The notes under the pieces: model-generated | Told to the model about the DNA's origin: nothing | Databases searched by the model: none | What the model saw: the letters and a program-made list of their open reading frames with translations, nothing else | Translations under genes and position numbers: made by a program | Part shown: positions 10,665 through 19,569 of the stretch, piece by piece | Numbering within the stretch: position 1 is the stretch's first letter | Layout: every line of letters begins with the position of its first letter | Assembly (NCBI GenBank): GCA_019057385.1 | Contig: JAHQJS010000004.1 | Span: 662,508 to 726,507, forward strand | Direction of reading: 5' to 3' | Length of the DNA stretch: 64,000 nucleotides | From: Candidatus Borrarchaeum weybense | GTDB lineage: Archaea; Asgardarchaeota; Sifarchaeia; Borrarchaeales; Borrarchaeaceae

Positions 10665-10743
10665 GGCGATTTGGTGAACTTTGGCTAAGTTATCAAGAAC
10701 AAGAAATCATCTTTTTTTTCTTTCTTATTCCCTACCAAATCAC
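10665..10743 (-). promoter_or_regulatory. Structured 3'-UTR element, candidate SECIS, copy 1
   Basis: Near-identical to 11331-11407; GAUUUGGU/ACCAAAUC outer stem, GGGAAUAAGAAA/UUUCUUGUUCUU stem and AACUU/AAGUU hairpin, directly after a UGA-containing gene. Confidence 0.6.
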
Positions 10744-11216
10744 TTATTTAACTTTTCAAGCACTTCGAATAATGCTTTATTCTTCGGAATGTCGCTCATA
10801 GAATCACTGTAATAAGCATATTGAATGATTCCCTCTTTGTCGACTATAAGTAGCGCCGGCATGCGTCCTAATTTTCGAATTTTGAATTCCTGATGCAGTT
10901 TTTTGGCAACTTCCTTATTGTTATCGTAATATATCGGAAATTTTTCTTTCGCGTACTTTTGTTCCATCTTAATAGCATTTTCAAGCGTGTCTACCAAAAT
11001 TGGATAAATAATCGTGTCTAATTGCTCAAATTGCTCTTTATCTTTAGCAAAACTGCGAACTTGTGCTCTGCAATATGGTCAGTTGATGCTTCTAAGTAAA
11101 GCAACGATAACATTATTCTTTTCGATGAAGTCTTTGATGTTTACGTTTTCTTCCCTTGAATTAGGCAGAGAAAATTCTTCAATTTCCTTCCCTACCATTT
11201 CAAATTTATCCTTCAT
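10740..11216 (-). CDS. AhpC/TSA (peroxiredoxin-like) redoxin, probable selenoprotein with UxxC (U46-P-Y-C49), 158 aa
   Basis: Continuous frame MKDKFEMVGKEIEEFSLPNS...LLRSIN-TGA(11079-11081)-PYCRAQ joins the track ORF 10740..10997; PALLIVDKEGIIQYAY C-terminus. Confidence 0.88.
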
Positions 11217-11330
11217 TCGTCTCTCTCTCAAGTTCTCCGTCCTTTGAATTTACTTTGATTCTGTCATTACAGTGTTTTTAATCTTTATTGATGCGGTATA
11301 CGGCCCTTTTGACTTAAAAATAAGAATTCT

Positions 11331-11407
11331 GGCGATTTGGTCAACTTTGGCTAAGTTACGAGAACAAGAAATCATCCTTCTTTTCTTTCTTATTCCCTAC
11401 CAAATCA
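11331..11407 (-). promoter_or_regulatory. Structured 3'-UTR element, candidate SECIS, copy 2
   Basis: Near-identical to 10665-10743 and starts a few bases after the stop of the UxxU gene. Confidence 0.6.
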
Positions 11408-11411
11408 GTTA

Positions 11412-11891
11412 CTACTGTAGATTTCTAATTGCTTCTAACAATTCCTCAATTTTAGGATTGTCCTTTCCAGAATCACCATAGTAAGCATATTGTATGATTC
11501 CTTCTTTATCTACTATGAGGACGGCTGGCATTCGTCTATATTTGTCATCTACTAATTTAACTTCCTGGCCGAGTATTGTTAGTACTTCTTTCGATTCATC
11601 ATAGTACACAGGAAACTTACCTTTTGCATATTTTTGCTCCATTTCAATGGCATTTTTGAGTACATCCTCCGTAATTGCAATGATGATGGTATTTGACTGA
11701 TCAATCTCATCAAAATGATTAGCTAAGCTCTGGATGTGCTTTCTTCAATGTCCTCAGGCCAGTCCTTTTTTCAATGATATGACTATGTTTTTTCGTCCAA
11801 GAACTTCTTTAATATTTACCGTTTCGCCTCTCGAATTAGGCAGGGAAAACTCCTTGATGTGTTTTCCTATCATATTAAATTTATCTTTCAT
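11412..11891 (-). CDS. AhpC/TSA (peroxiredoxin-like) redoxin, probable double-Sec selenoprotein with UxxU (U46-G-H-U49), 159 aa
   Basis: MKDKFNMIGKHIKEFSLPNS...KKGLA-TGA(11754-56)-GGA-CAT-TGA(11745-47)-RKHIQSL continues in frame into track ORF 11412..11642; colinear with the neighbouring paralog. Confidence 0.83.
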
Positions 11892-11937
11892 AATTCAACC
11901 CGTTCTGGATTTTAATTTTAAAGAAATTGATCAAGTT

Positions 11938-12645
11938 TTATTTATATTCTTCGCCGATCCCTTCTGGAGGATATTTCGCTTTAACGCGTGGAATTGCGAT
12001 AAATTCTCTTATTTCAAGTCCTTCTTCTGGGTCAAAAAATTTCAAACTGGTGGAGGGTTTAATGACAACTGCAGTATCTAGACCCATAGAAGTGCCGGCA
12101 GCAACAACGACTTCCTCTTGGGATTTAATTACATTCGCGTCTGCAGCCATTATTGCAACTTCTACGCACACAATTAACCCACCAGAGATTAACCTCAGCG
12201 CTTCTGTCATCATTTGTTCGAAAGTAACTCCTTTAAATGTTCCAGCGATAGCTGTACCGACTCCATAAAAAGGAATAGTACCCCTAACAACTTTAATCCC
12301 TAACTCTTCAAGCTTATCCTGTATTTCATCAGTCATGTCCATTCTTACCTTCTTTAAGCCTTTTTGTTGCCATTCTCTTAGCTGTGTTTTCAGTTCAGGA
12401 ATATCACTCCAAGGACCATGTAAAGATTCTTTGACCGTCCAATATGCTCCAGGAGGAATGGTAACTGCGATAATTTCCAATTCTTTCCCCATAATCTCAT
12501 GGGCTTTTAAGGCACTATTTCCACGAAGGGTGGCAACAATCACGGTCTTAATGCCGAGTTCATTACTCCTCTCTTTGATTAATTCAAGTGTTCTTAAAGT
12601 GTTACCTGGACCGGGTCTTTCAAAGTATTCTATCCACTTTCGCAT
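11938..12645 (-). CDS. Archaeal protein with pyruvate kinase C-terminal-like domain (COG1751-type)
   Basis: YFERPGPGNT, VIVATLRG, VCVEVAIMAADA, GLDTAVVIKP. Confidence 0.8.
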   Translation of the reverse strand: MRKWIEYFERPGPGNTLRTLELIKERSNELGIKTVIVATLRGNSALKAHEIMGKELEIIAVTIPPGAYWTVKESLHGPWSDIPELKTQLREWQQKGLKKVRMDMTDEIQDKLEELGIKVVRGTIPFYGVGTAIAGTFKGVTFEQMMTEALRLISGGLIVCVEVAIMAADANVIKSQEEVVVAAGTSMGLDTAVVIKPSTSLKFFDPEEGLEIREFIAIPRVKAKYPPEGIGEEYK

Positions 12646-12734
12646 TTGTCTCCCCTAATTTCCTATATTGCAGAGAAGGTAAACTAATTATATTCGTTCA
12701 CAAGATCTTACTTTTATAATTAATCGATATTAAC

Positions 12735-13370
12735 TTGGAGGCTAAACTTGTGAAAATCGGAATATTGGGCACAGGTAATGTAGGACGTGCTTTGGCGAAA
12801 CCATGGGCAGAAAAAGGTCATGAAATAGTATTTGGTTCTCGTGATCCTAATAAAGCGCTAGAAATTGCGGAATCCATGGGAAAAAACGTATGTAGCTCAA
12901 CATATGAAGAAGCAGCGCAGTGGGCCGAAGTTGTCGTTCTTGCAGTCCCTTATACAGCGGCTCTGGATGTGCTTCGGGATGCAGGTGATTTAACTGGGAA
13001 GATCTTGGTAGATTGTACTAATCCTATTGCTCCAGGTTTGAGTGGTCTTTTGATAGGACTTACCACTTCAGCTGCAGAAGAAATTGCTAAAATGACATCT
13101 GCAAAAGTGGTAAAGGCATTCAATACTATGGGAGTTGGCGTCATGGCAAATGTGCAGTTTGGATCTGAAACAGCTAGTAATTTCATCTGTGGTGATGACG
13201 AGGCAAAATCTGTCGTTAGGAGCCTGGGAGAGGATATAGGCTTTGATGTTATTGATATCGGTCCGCTCTCAAATGCTCGACTGCTCGAACCATTAGCCAT
13301 GCTGTGGATTTACCTAGCGTTTAAGCATGGAATGGGGACGGACATTGCGTTCAAACTGCTTCGACGTTGA
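12735..13370 (+). CDS. NADPH-dependent F420 reductase-like oxidoreductase (F420_oxidored)
   Basis: GILGTGNVG Rossmann motif, GSRDP, VDCTNP, VVKAFNT; start may be GTG at 12750. Confidence 0.88.
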   Translation: MEAKLVKIGILGTGNVGRALAKPWAEKGHEIVFGSRDPNKALEIAESMGKNVCSSTYEEAAQWAEVVVLAVPYTAALDVLRDAGDLTGKILVDCTNPIAPGLSGLLIGLTTSAAEEIAKMTSAKVVKAFNTMGVGVMANVQFGSETASNFICGDDEAKSVVRSLGEDIGFDVIDIGPLSNARLLEPLAMLWIYLAFKHGMGTDIAFKLLRR

Positions 13371-13628
13371 ATAAAATCCAAAAGATGAAATCTCTTAATT
13401 AAATCCCATTTTTTTCATTTCCTATTTTTTATCACACATAGATTTTGTGGTATTACGCTTCTTCTTATTTAAGAAACTTTCATTTCTAGTTTTAAACACA
13501 TTACACTCATAATTTAAACTAAACTTAAAGTAAAACAATGGACAGCTACCCCAATAATATCATAACTTATATCTAAAAACACAAGAAAAGTAAAAAGGAT
13601 TAGAAGTTTTTTGTCGGATTGATTTTGA

Positions 13629-14045
13629 ATGAAAGTAGCATCAGTTGTTTTGCAAAGTAATCCAGTAATTTGTAATATTTGCGGAAAGCAATGCAAAAAT
13701 GAAAGAGGATTGAGCATTCATACTGGACACATGCATAATGGAAAAGGGAATGGCCATAATCATCATTTCAACGGTGCCGGTTTGATGAATAATGAAATTC
13801 TGGCAGAACTTTACTCACTTCGCCAAATGATCATCGACCTGTCATATAAAATAGACAATAACGGACACTCAATAAACTATGAACAACACCACGATACTTT
13901 ACCAAAAATACAGAGCTCTCCAAAGGGAGATTCAATTCTTGCTCAACAGCACCTTAAAAATTATCTGGGTTACGGAGGCGATCATTTGACTTTAATGGAC
14001 GAATTAAGATCAGCATTAAAAGAACGGACACTCATATCTGTCTAA
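13629..14045 (+). CDS. C2H2 zinc-finger protein with C-terminal WH2-like helix
   Basis: CNICGKQCKNERGLSIHTGHMH; C-terminal HLTLMDELRSALKER. Confidence 0.7.
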   Translation: MKVASVVLQSNPVICNICGKQCKNERGLSIHTGHMHNGKGNGHNHHFNGAGLMNNEILAELYSLRQMIIDLSYKIDNNGHSINYEQHHDTLPKIQSSPKGDSILAQQHLKNYLGYGGDHLTLMDELRSALKERTLISV

Positions 14046-14219
14046 TAGTACAAAGGTAATTTGACCATCTTTCACAGTCTTGTTTTAAAGAAATGAACTT
14101 AAATTTAAAACCAGAAAGAGAGTATTTTTTCTATATTCAATTAAGAATGAAAATTTGATTATCAACTTAAAGGTAATAATTTTCGCGAGGTTTTGATTTT
14201 TAAGCTCTAAGGAGGACTG

Positions 14220-15824
14220 ATTGCTATTTCGTTTGAAAGCCCCATTGTAATCACTAATGGCACGCTAATTGATGGAACAGGTAAATCACCTATCGAGAAC
14301 AGCGTTGTTGTCACTTTTGGATCCAAAATCCTTGATGTTGGATCTGCCAATGAAATAAATGTTCCAAAGGATGCTAAAGTTATTGATGCCAATGGCAAGA
14401 CTGTAATACCTTGTTTTATTGATTCCCATTCGCATTTCTTTTTAATGGGACTAAAGGTGCTCACTGAACTTGATCTGTCAATGACTAAGTCTATCTCTGA
14501 GGTCATGGAGAAGGTCAAAACAAAGGTAAATGAGTTGCCTGATGGAACCTGGCTCAAAGGTCATGGTTGGGATGAAAGTAACTGGACCGAGAAAAGATAT
14601 CCCACAAAGAAGGATATGGATCCAGTATCTCCTAATCATCCAGTTGTTCTTACACCATATTACTGGCATATGGTTACAGTGAATAGCCGTGCTCTCGAAC
14701 TAGCTAAGATTAATAAACAAACTCCAGATCCTCCTGGAGGAAAGATTGAGAGAGATCTGACAGGTGAAGCCTCTGGAGTGTTGAAAGAGGAAGCAATGAA
14801 GTTAATCGATAAAGCACAACCGCCATTAACTGAAACACTAGCAATGAAGGCTATAGAGAAGGCATGTGAGATCGTGTTACAATGGGGCTGCGCGAGTATT
14901 CACGAGTTAGCCTCAACTTCAAGTGATTTAAACACCTATCAAAAAGCTTTTGAAAAAGACCTTCTAAAGGTACGCTCATATGTCTTACCGGCGACACGGT
15001 ATATTGAGAATCTGTTAGATGGACTGGATACTCTCGGTATCAGAACTGGCTTTGGTAATGAATTTGTCAAACTAGGCTCTGTGAAAATCTGGTTTGACGG
15101 CGCAATGGGATCACATACAGCTGTATTTTCTGAACCCTATGCCGATGATCCGACAACAAGTGGATTATATACGATTTCTCCTGAGCAACTCAACTTAACT
15201 GTAGCAAGGGCACATAAAATAGGAATGCAAGTTGCTATTCATGCCATTGGCGATAAGGCAATCGAGGAGGCTCTTGATGCTATAGAAATAGCGGTTAAGG
15301 ATGAACCAAGAAAAGATCATCGTCACAGGATCGAACACTGTGAAGTCATCAACGAAGATCAAATACGAAGGATGAAGCGGCTAGGAGTCATTGCTGCAGT
15401 ACAGCCCAATTTCGTTGGAGAGTGGGAACATCCTGGAGGAATGTATGAGCAACGATTAGGTTTAGAACGCCTGAAACTCTGCAATCCGTTTAGGAATCTA
15501 ATCGATGAGGGGATTACTGTTACATTTGGAACTGACTGTGGCTATTGTCCACCCTTTCCCTTTAATCCTTTGTATGGTCTATGGTCCGCTATATGCCATC
15601 CTATAGAGGCGCATCGCATCACATTAGAGGAAGCTGTGAAATGTTATACGCTTAATGGTGCATACGCTTCCTTTGAGGAAAAAATAAAGGGATCAATTGA
15701 ACCAGGAAAACTTGCCGATATAGCGATTCTATCGGAGGACTTGACCGCAATAGATGCAGAAAGAATCAAAGATGTAAAGGCAGATCTGACGATGGTAGGT
15801 GGAAAGATTCAATGGCAAGCGTAA
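14220..15824 (+). CDS. Amidohydrolase family 3 (YtcJ-like) protein
   Basis: Frame stays open upstream of the track start through VITNGTLIDG...FIDSHSH; HAIGD, RHRIEHC, GSIEPGKLAD; start CTG14217/ATT14220 after GGAGG. Confidence 0.88.
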   Translation: MAISFESPIVITNGTLIDGTGKSPIENSVVVTFGSKILDVGSANEINVPKDAKVIDANGKTVIPCFIDSHSHFFLMGLKVLTELDLSMTKSISEVMEKVKTKVNELPDGTWLKGHGWDESNWTEKRYPTKKDMDPVSPNHPVVLTPYYWHMVTVNSRALELAKINKQTPDPPGGKIERDLTGEASGVLKEEAMKLIDKAQPPLTETLAMKAIEKACEIVLQWGCASIHELASTSSDLNTYQKAFEKDLLKVRSYVLPATRYIENLLDGLDTLGIRTGFGNEFVKLGSVKIWFDGAMGSHTAVFSEPYADDPTTSGLYTISPEQLNLTVARAHKIGMQVAIHAIGDKAIEEALDAIEIAVKDEPRKDHRHRIEHCEVINEDQIRRMKRLGVIAAVQPNFVGEWEHPGGMYEQRLGLERLKLCNPFRNLIDEGITVTFGTDCGYCPPFPFNPLYGLWSAICHPIEAHRITLEEAVKCYTLNGAYASFEEKIKGSIEPGKLADIAILSEDLTAIDAERIKDVKADLTMVGGKIQWQA

Positions 15825-15865
15825 ATTAATCGGTCTAGTGTAGATAAAAACTGTGTTCACAATGT

Positions 15866-16030
15866 GACTAGTTCTGTTAAAATTTTGCGCGTGAATTTCA
15901 ATAACGCTCTTCATCGCTGGTCATCTTGCTCGCTAACGATGCGGACGGGCTTGATTGATAATATTTGGACTGTTAAACGGTTACAGATCGCGATTATTGC
16001 TTCTATCATCATCAAATCAAAAGGACTACC
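15866..16030 (+). pseudogene. Possible degenerate IS1-like transposase 3' remnant
   Basis: LTMRTGLIDNIWTVKRL resembles the TPAMAAGLTDHIW C-terminus of IS1-like transposases; followed by ...GGACTACC, a terminal-repeat-like end. Confidence 0.3.
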
Positions 16031-16265
16031 CAAAAGTTTACAGACACGAATAGATATATTTCCGGATATATTTGTATGTTTCTGAGTGATAATATATTTT
16101 TCAAAATCATCGAACTATAAGAGGGGTCTGGGAAATTGCAAATATTTCAGAAAGAAGTGAGCTTATTTATCTTAGCTTTCCTTCCCTTCCCCCCTTCTTT
16201 CTTTGAAAATTGTAATTAGTTCGCTTAATTGGAATAATTGGAATGCATTTAAAGGAGTGAAGGAA

Positions 16266-16721
16266 ATGTCTGAAAGACCAAAGGGTTTACGTCTTGTTAG
16301 TACCATACAATTCATTGGAGGAATCGCTGTTGCTGCTAGTTCTTCATTAGCCTTCTTCCTCGCAATATATTTGACACGCCGAATGATGTCAGATGTTTAT
16401 TGGTCCGATTATGACCTTATAGTAACGCCTAGATTTATACGATTTGCAACGATGTTCGGAATTACGCTACTTATTGTAGGCATTCTAGGGTGTATTACGG
16501 CATATGGACTTTGGAAACTCAAGCCTTGGGGCTTTTTTGGGTCAATAACTGCAAACGGTCTTATAATACCTGTATTTCTTTGGATAGGAGACCATTTGTT
16601 TGTAGAGTGGTTTGTTGGTTCGCCACTCCGGCCTTTTATTTGGATTATGATAGCTTCTTTACTCTGGATTCCGATAGTCTTTTTGGTATATCTATTCTTC
16701 ATCAGAGAACATTTCAAGTAA
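16266..16721 (+). CDS. Hypothetical 4-TM membrane protein
   Basis: GGAG upstream of MSERPKG; four hydrophobic segments; YGLWKLKPWG. Confidence 0.75.
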   Translation: MSERPKGLRLVSTIQFIGGIAVAASSSLAFFLAIYLTRRMMSDVYWSDYDLIVTPRFIRFATMFGITLLIVGILGCITAYGLWKLKPWGFFGSITANGLIIPVFLWIGDHLFVEWFVGSPLRPFIWIMIASLLWIPIVFLVYLFFIREHFK

Positions 16722-16779
16722 TAACATAACTTTACCAACTGTTCTGGAGTTTATCTAAACAGACTAGGAGGGAAAATAG

Positions 16780-17448
16780 ATGGTGAGAAAAAAAGCAAAA
16801 GTTCTCATAAGTTTCATTAGTGCACTCATAGTTTTTCTCTTAGCTAGTACCGCAACAACAACAGTTGCGGCTGGAGACTGGGGGAATTTAAAGGTTCGCG
16901 ACGAAATAGAATGGAAAATAGTGCCAGATCCAGTAGACTTCCCTGACTTAGCAGTATATGTGGAATTAAAGATTACGGGTTTTAGGGAGGCAGACATGGC
17001 GTATAGATATAGTATGACTGCAGTTAATGATTCGTCCACCGATGTTATTCATACTGATGCTCAAGGCACGGCCGACGAGGAAGCATGGTATGTATTTTCA
17101 CAGAGTTACCTGCAAAAAATGAAAGCGTATGCAGAAGATGATCCGAATATGACATGGACAGAGACCGATTTTAATTGGAAGGGAACTAATTACAAGGCAT
17201 ACTACTTGAAACGAATTGATGATGGGGGTATCTTTGAAGGTTGGATGGATCAGGGCACGGGAATCTCCTTTGAAATATGGTGGACTATTGGCGGAACAAC
17301 TTATACATATGTTGAACTGGAGAGGACAACCGCCAATCTAACTGAAACTGAGGGATTGTGTCTAGGTACAATCCTTATTGCTTTCGTTTCTGTTTCAACA
17401 CTTGTCTCTTATAGCATTGCACGATATAAGAAAAAGAAAAGGACCTAA
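16780..17448 (+). CDS. Secreted/surface protein with C-terminal TM anchor and basic tail
   Basis: Signal peptide; GLCLGT + hydrophobic helix + RYKKKKRT. Confidence 0.75.
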   Translation: MVRKKAKVLISFISALIVFLLASTATTTVAAGDWGNLKVRDEIEWKIVPDPVDFPDLAVYVELKITGFREADMAYRYSMTAVNDSSTDVIHTDAQGTADEEAWYVFSQSYLQKMKAYAEDDPNMTWTETDFNWKGTNYKAYYLKRIDDGGIFEGWMDQGTGISFEIWWTIGGTTYTYVELERTTANLTETEGLCLGTILIAFVSVSTLVSYSIARYKKKKRT

Positions 17449-17632
17449 GTCCACATTTCTTTTTTTCATCCATTTTAGTTACTCTAGGTATGGATACTGT
17501 CCTTGTTTAATCCAATTCTTCTATTCTAATAATCTCACTGTTGAGGTTGTTGTTGAGGTTTGGTCTAAATGAAGCTGTTTCCAAAGACGGTACAAAAAGA
17601 GAGGAAGTCATTAAAATAACGGAGGTGATCAG

Positions 17633-18466
17633 TTGAGGAAAATAGTTCAAACAATGTTATTAGTAATGTTACTTGCCACAGGCTTTTATTTAATTCCTCC
17701 TGTAAGTGCGTCCACAAGTGAAATAGGATTCAATTATACGTGGGAGGAAGAAACTGGCACTGAAATACACTTTAACTTTGTGTTTGATGTAACAACGACA
17801 AGCCCATCACTGCTGTTTGGTGGGACTGAACGCTTCCACATTGACCTTCAACCATCTCGTACAGAACTTAGTCTTGAGTTGGTAATGAATGGATACGGAT
17901 TCTGGGACGTAACCTTTGAGAGCGAAGCACCAATAGGAGAAGAGACATTTAGAATTGAAACACCAAGTTTGAGAGATCAATACGGAATAGAAGCGTTTTT
18001 GATTGGTGTTGATGGTACTCCTTATGTAAGTTATTCAGATGATGGGAGGCTTAGTGCAAGTGGAACATTAAGTTGGAATGATGCTGGTAGCAAATCATTC
18101 AGTGTAACCGCTCCATCAGGTATTGGTGATGGAGATATAAGAGCAACATGGCAATATGAATGGAAGGTTCGCTTTGGTTTGGATCTTGTAGGAATTGGAG
18201 ACCTTTTCAACGAGTGGAATGAAATGGGTGATTTAAAAAGTCCACGAATGCAAAACTATCATCTATATTACGGATTTGGCTGGCTTGTTGTTGTTCTTGT
18301 AATTATTGTGGCTATTCCAGTAGCACTGGTTATTAGAAGAAAGAGAAAACTCAAGCCAGAACTTGAAGCAGAACCAGAACCTTCAGAAATGTATTGCAGG
18401 TCTTGTGGAAAGCCTATTTCAACGACAAGTGAATATTGTAACTTCTGTGGGACAAAGGTTGAATAA
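17633..18466 (+). CDS. Single-pass membrane protein with cytoplasmic zinc ribbon
   Basis: Signal peptide, TM followed by RRKRK, C-terminal CRSCG...CNFCG. Confidence 0.8.
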   Translation: MRKIVQTMLLVMLLATGFYLIPPVSASTSEIGFNYTWEEETGTEIHFNFVFDVTTTSPSLLFGGTERFHIDLQPSRTELSLELVMNGYGFWDVTFESEAPIGEETFRIETPSLRDQYGIEAFLIGVDGTPYVSYSDDGRLSASGTLSWNDAGSKSFSVTAPSGIGDGDIRATWQYEWKVRFGLDLVGIGDLFNEWNEMGDLKSPRMQNYHLYYGFGWLVVVLVIIVAIPVALVIRRKRKLKPELEAEPEPSEMYCRSCGKPISTTSEYCNFCGTKVE

Positions 18467-18809
18467 AAGGAGCAGAATTATGAACTGCTGAAGTTTAAGC
18501 CGACTCTTAGGCTCTAAAAATAGAAAAAGGACGGAAAATGAGAATCCTAATAGTGGACTCCCTAGAAGTTATGAGGGATTAGGATTTAAAAATGAATCAA
18601 AGCTCTATGGCTCGTTAGATGGATCCCGGCCTGTATGTAAGTTTCACTTTCGTGTTAATACTTATTTCTGTCATTTTGTATACTTCAACACGCATCTAAG
18701 TTGATATTACTCTTTTATCATTCATTTCTTTTCAAATGAAGTTATCTAGTTTTTTAAATTAAATTAGATAAAAAATAAATTCTATATTGGCAAGCACAAA
18801 ACTGATTCT

Positions 18810-19565
18810 CTATCCAAGCATGTACAAGCCTGCAAATGGTCGATGAGATACTGGTTTCACCACAATGAATTCCCCGTCTAATAGTTTTTCCAATGGTATA
18901 CCAAACAAAGTTGAAAACTTCTGTAGAGTAGATTCTACTTTTTTCATATCTTGTTCTTTTGCCACATGCATTTTTGTTCCAACACCGAGTTGGTCTTCAG
19001 TTACTTTTCCTCGAATGAAGATTTTTCCGCCATGCATTCCCGTACCTACCCATTCACCCACTGGTGATCCATTTTTGCGGTTCATTCCTAGGACTATAAT
19101 TGTCCCACCTGCCATATATTCGCCACAGAAATCGCCAACGGATCCTCCTATGATGATTACTGGTTTCTTGTTGTGATATTCTTTCATATGGATGCCTATT
19201 CTATATCCTCCATTACCTTGAGCTAATATTTCTCCTCCACGCATTCCATAGCCCGCAATGTCTCCAATATTGCCATGAATGATGATTTCGCCAGCATCCA
19301 TAGTATTTCCTACGCCGTCTTGAGTGTTCCCAAAGATTTCTATCGTTGGACCTCGCATAAAGGCGGCAAGATCCTGTCCTGGAGTCCCAAAGACATCTAT
19401 TTTTAATTTAACGTCCTTTAATCCCGTACCGATATATCTCTGGCCGTTTACGTTTTCAAGTTTAAGATAGTCAACTTTATCGATCGTGGCAGCATGATAT
19501 ACTAATTCATTTAATTCTCGAAATGTTAATGACTCCGCATCAATAACACTTTCTTCTTTCTCCAT
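18810..19565 (-). CDS. Glutamate synthase GXGXG-domain subunit (cluster 1)
   Basis: GQRYIGTG, GNTMDAG, GEYMAGG, GTGMHGG repeats. Confidence 0.9.
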   Translation of the reverse strand: MEKEESVIDAESLTFRELNELVYHAATIDKVDYLKLENVNGQRYIGTGLKDVKLKIDVFGTPGQDLAAFMRGPTIEIFGNTQDGVGNTMDAGEIIIHGNIGDIAGYGMRGGEILAQGNGGYRIGIHMKEYHNKKPVIIIGGSVGDFCGEYMAGGTIIVLGMNRKNGSPVGEWVGTGMHGGKIFIRGKVTEDQLGVGTKMHVAKEQDMKKVESTLQKFSTLFGIPLEKLLDGEFIVVKPVSHRPFAGLYMLG

Positions 19566-19569
19566 ATTA

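Noticed and set aside
10740-11891. Pseudogene interpretation of the two redoxins
   Set aside because: All three internal stops are TGA at CxxC positions, there are no frameshifts, and a conserved 3' element follows each gene.
11014-12081. Plus-strand short ORFs (11014, 11272, 11734) and similar antisense ORFs across the window
   Set aside because: They are shadows of well-supported genes on the opposite strand.
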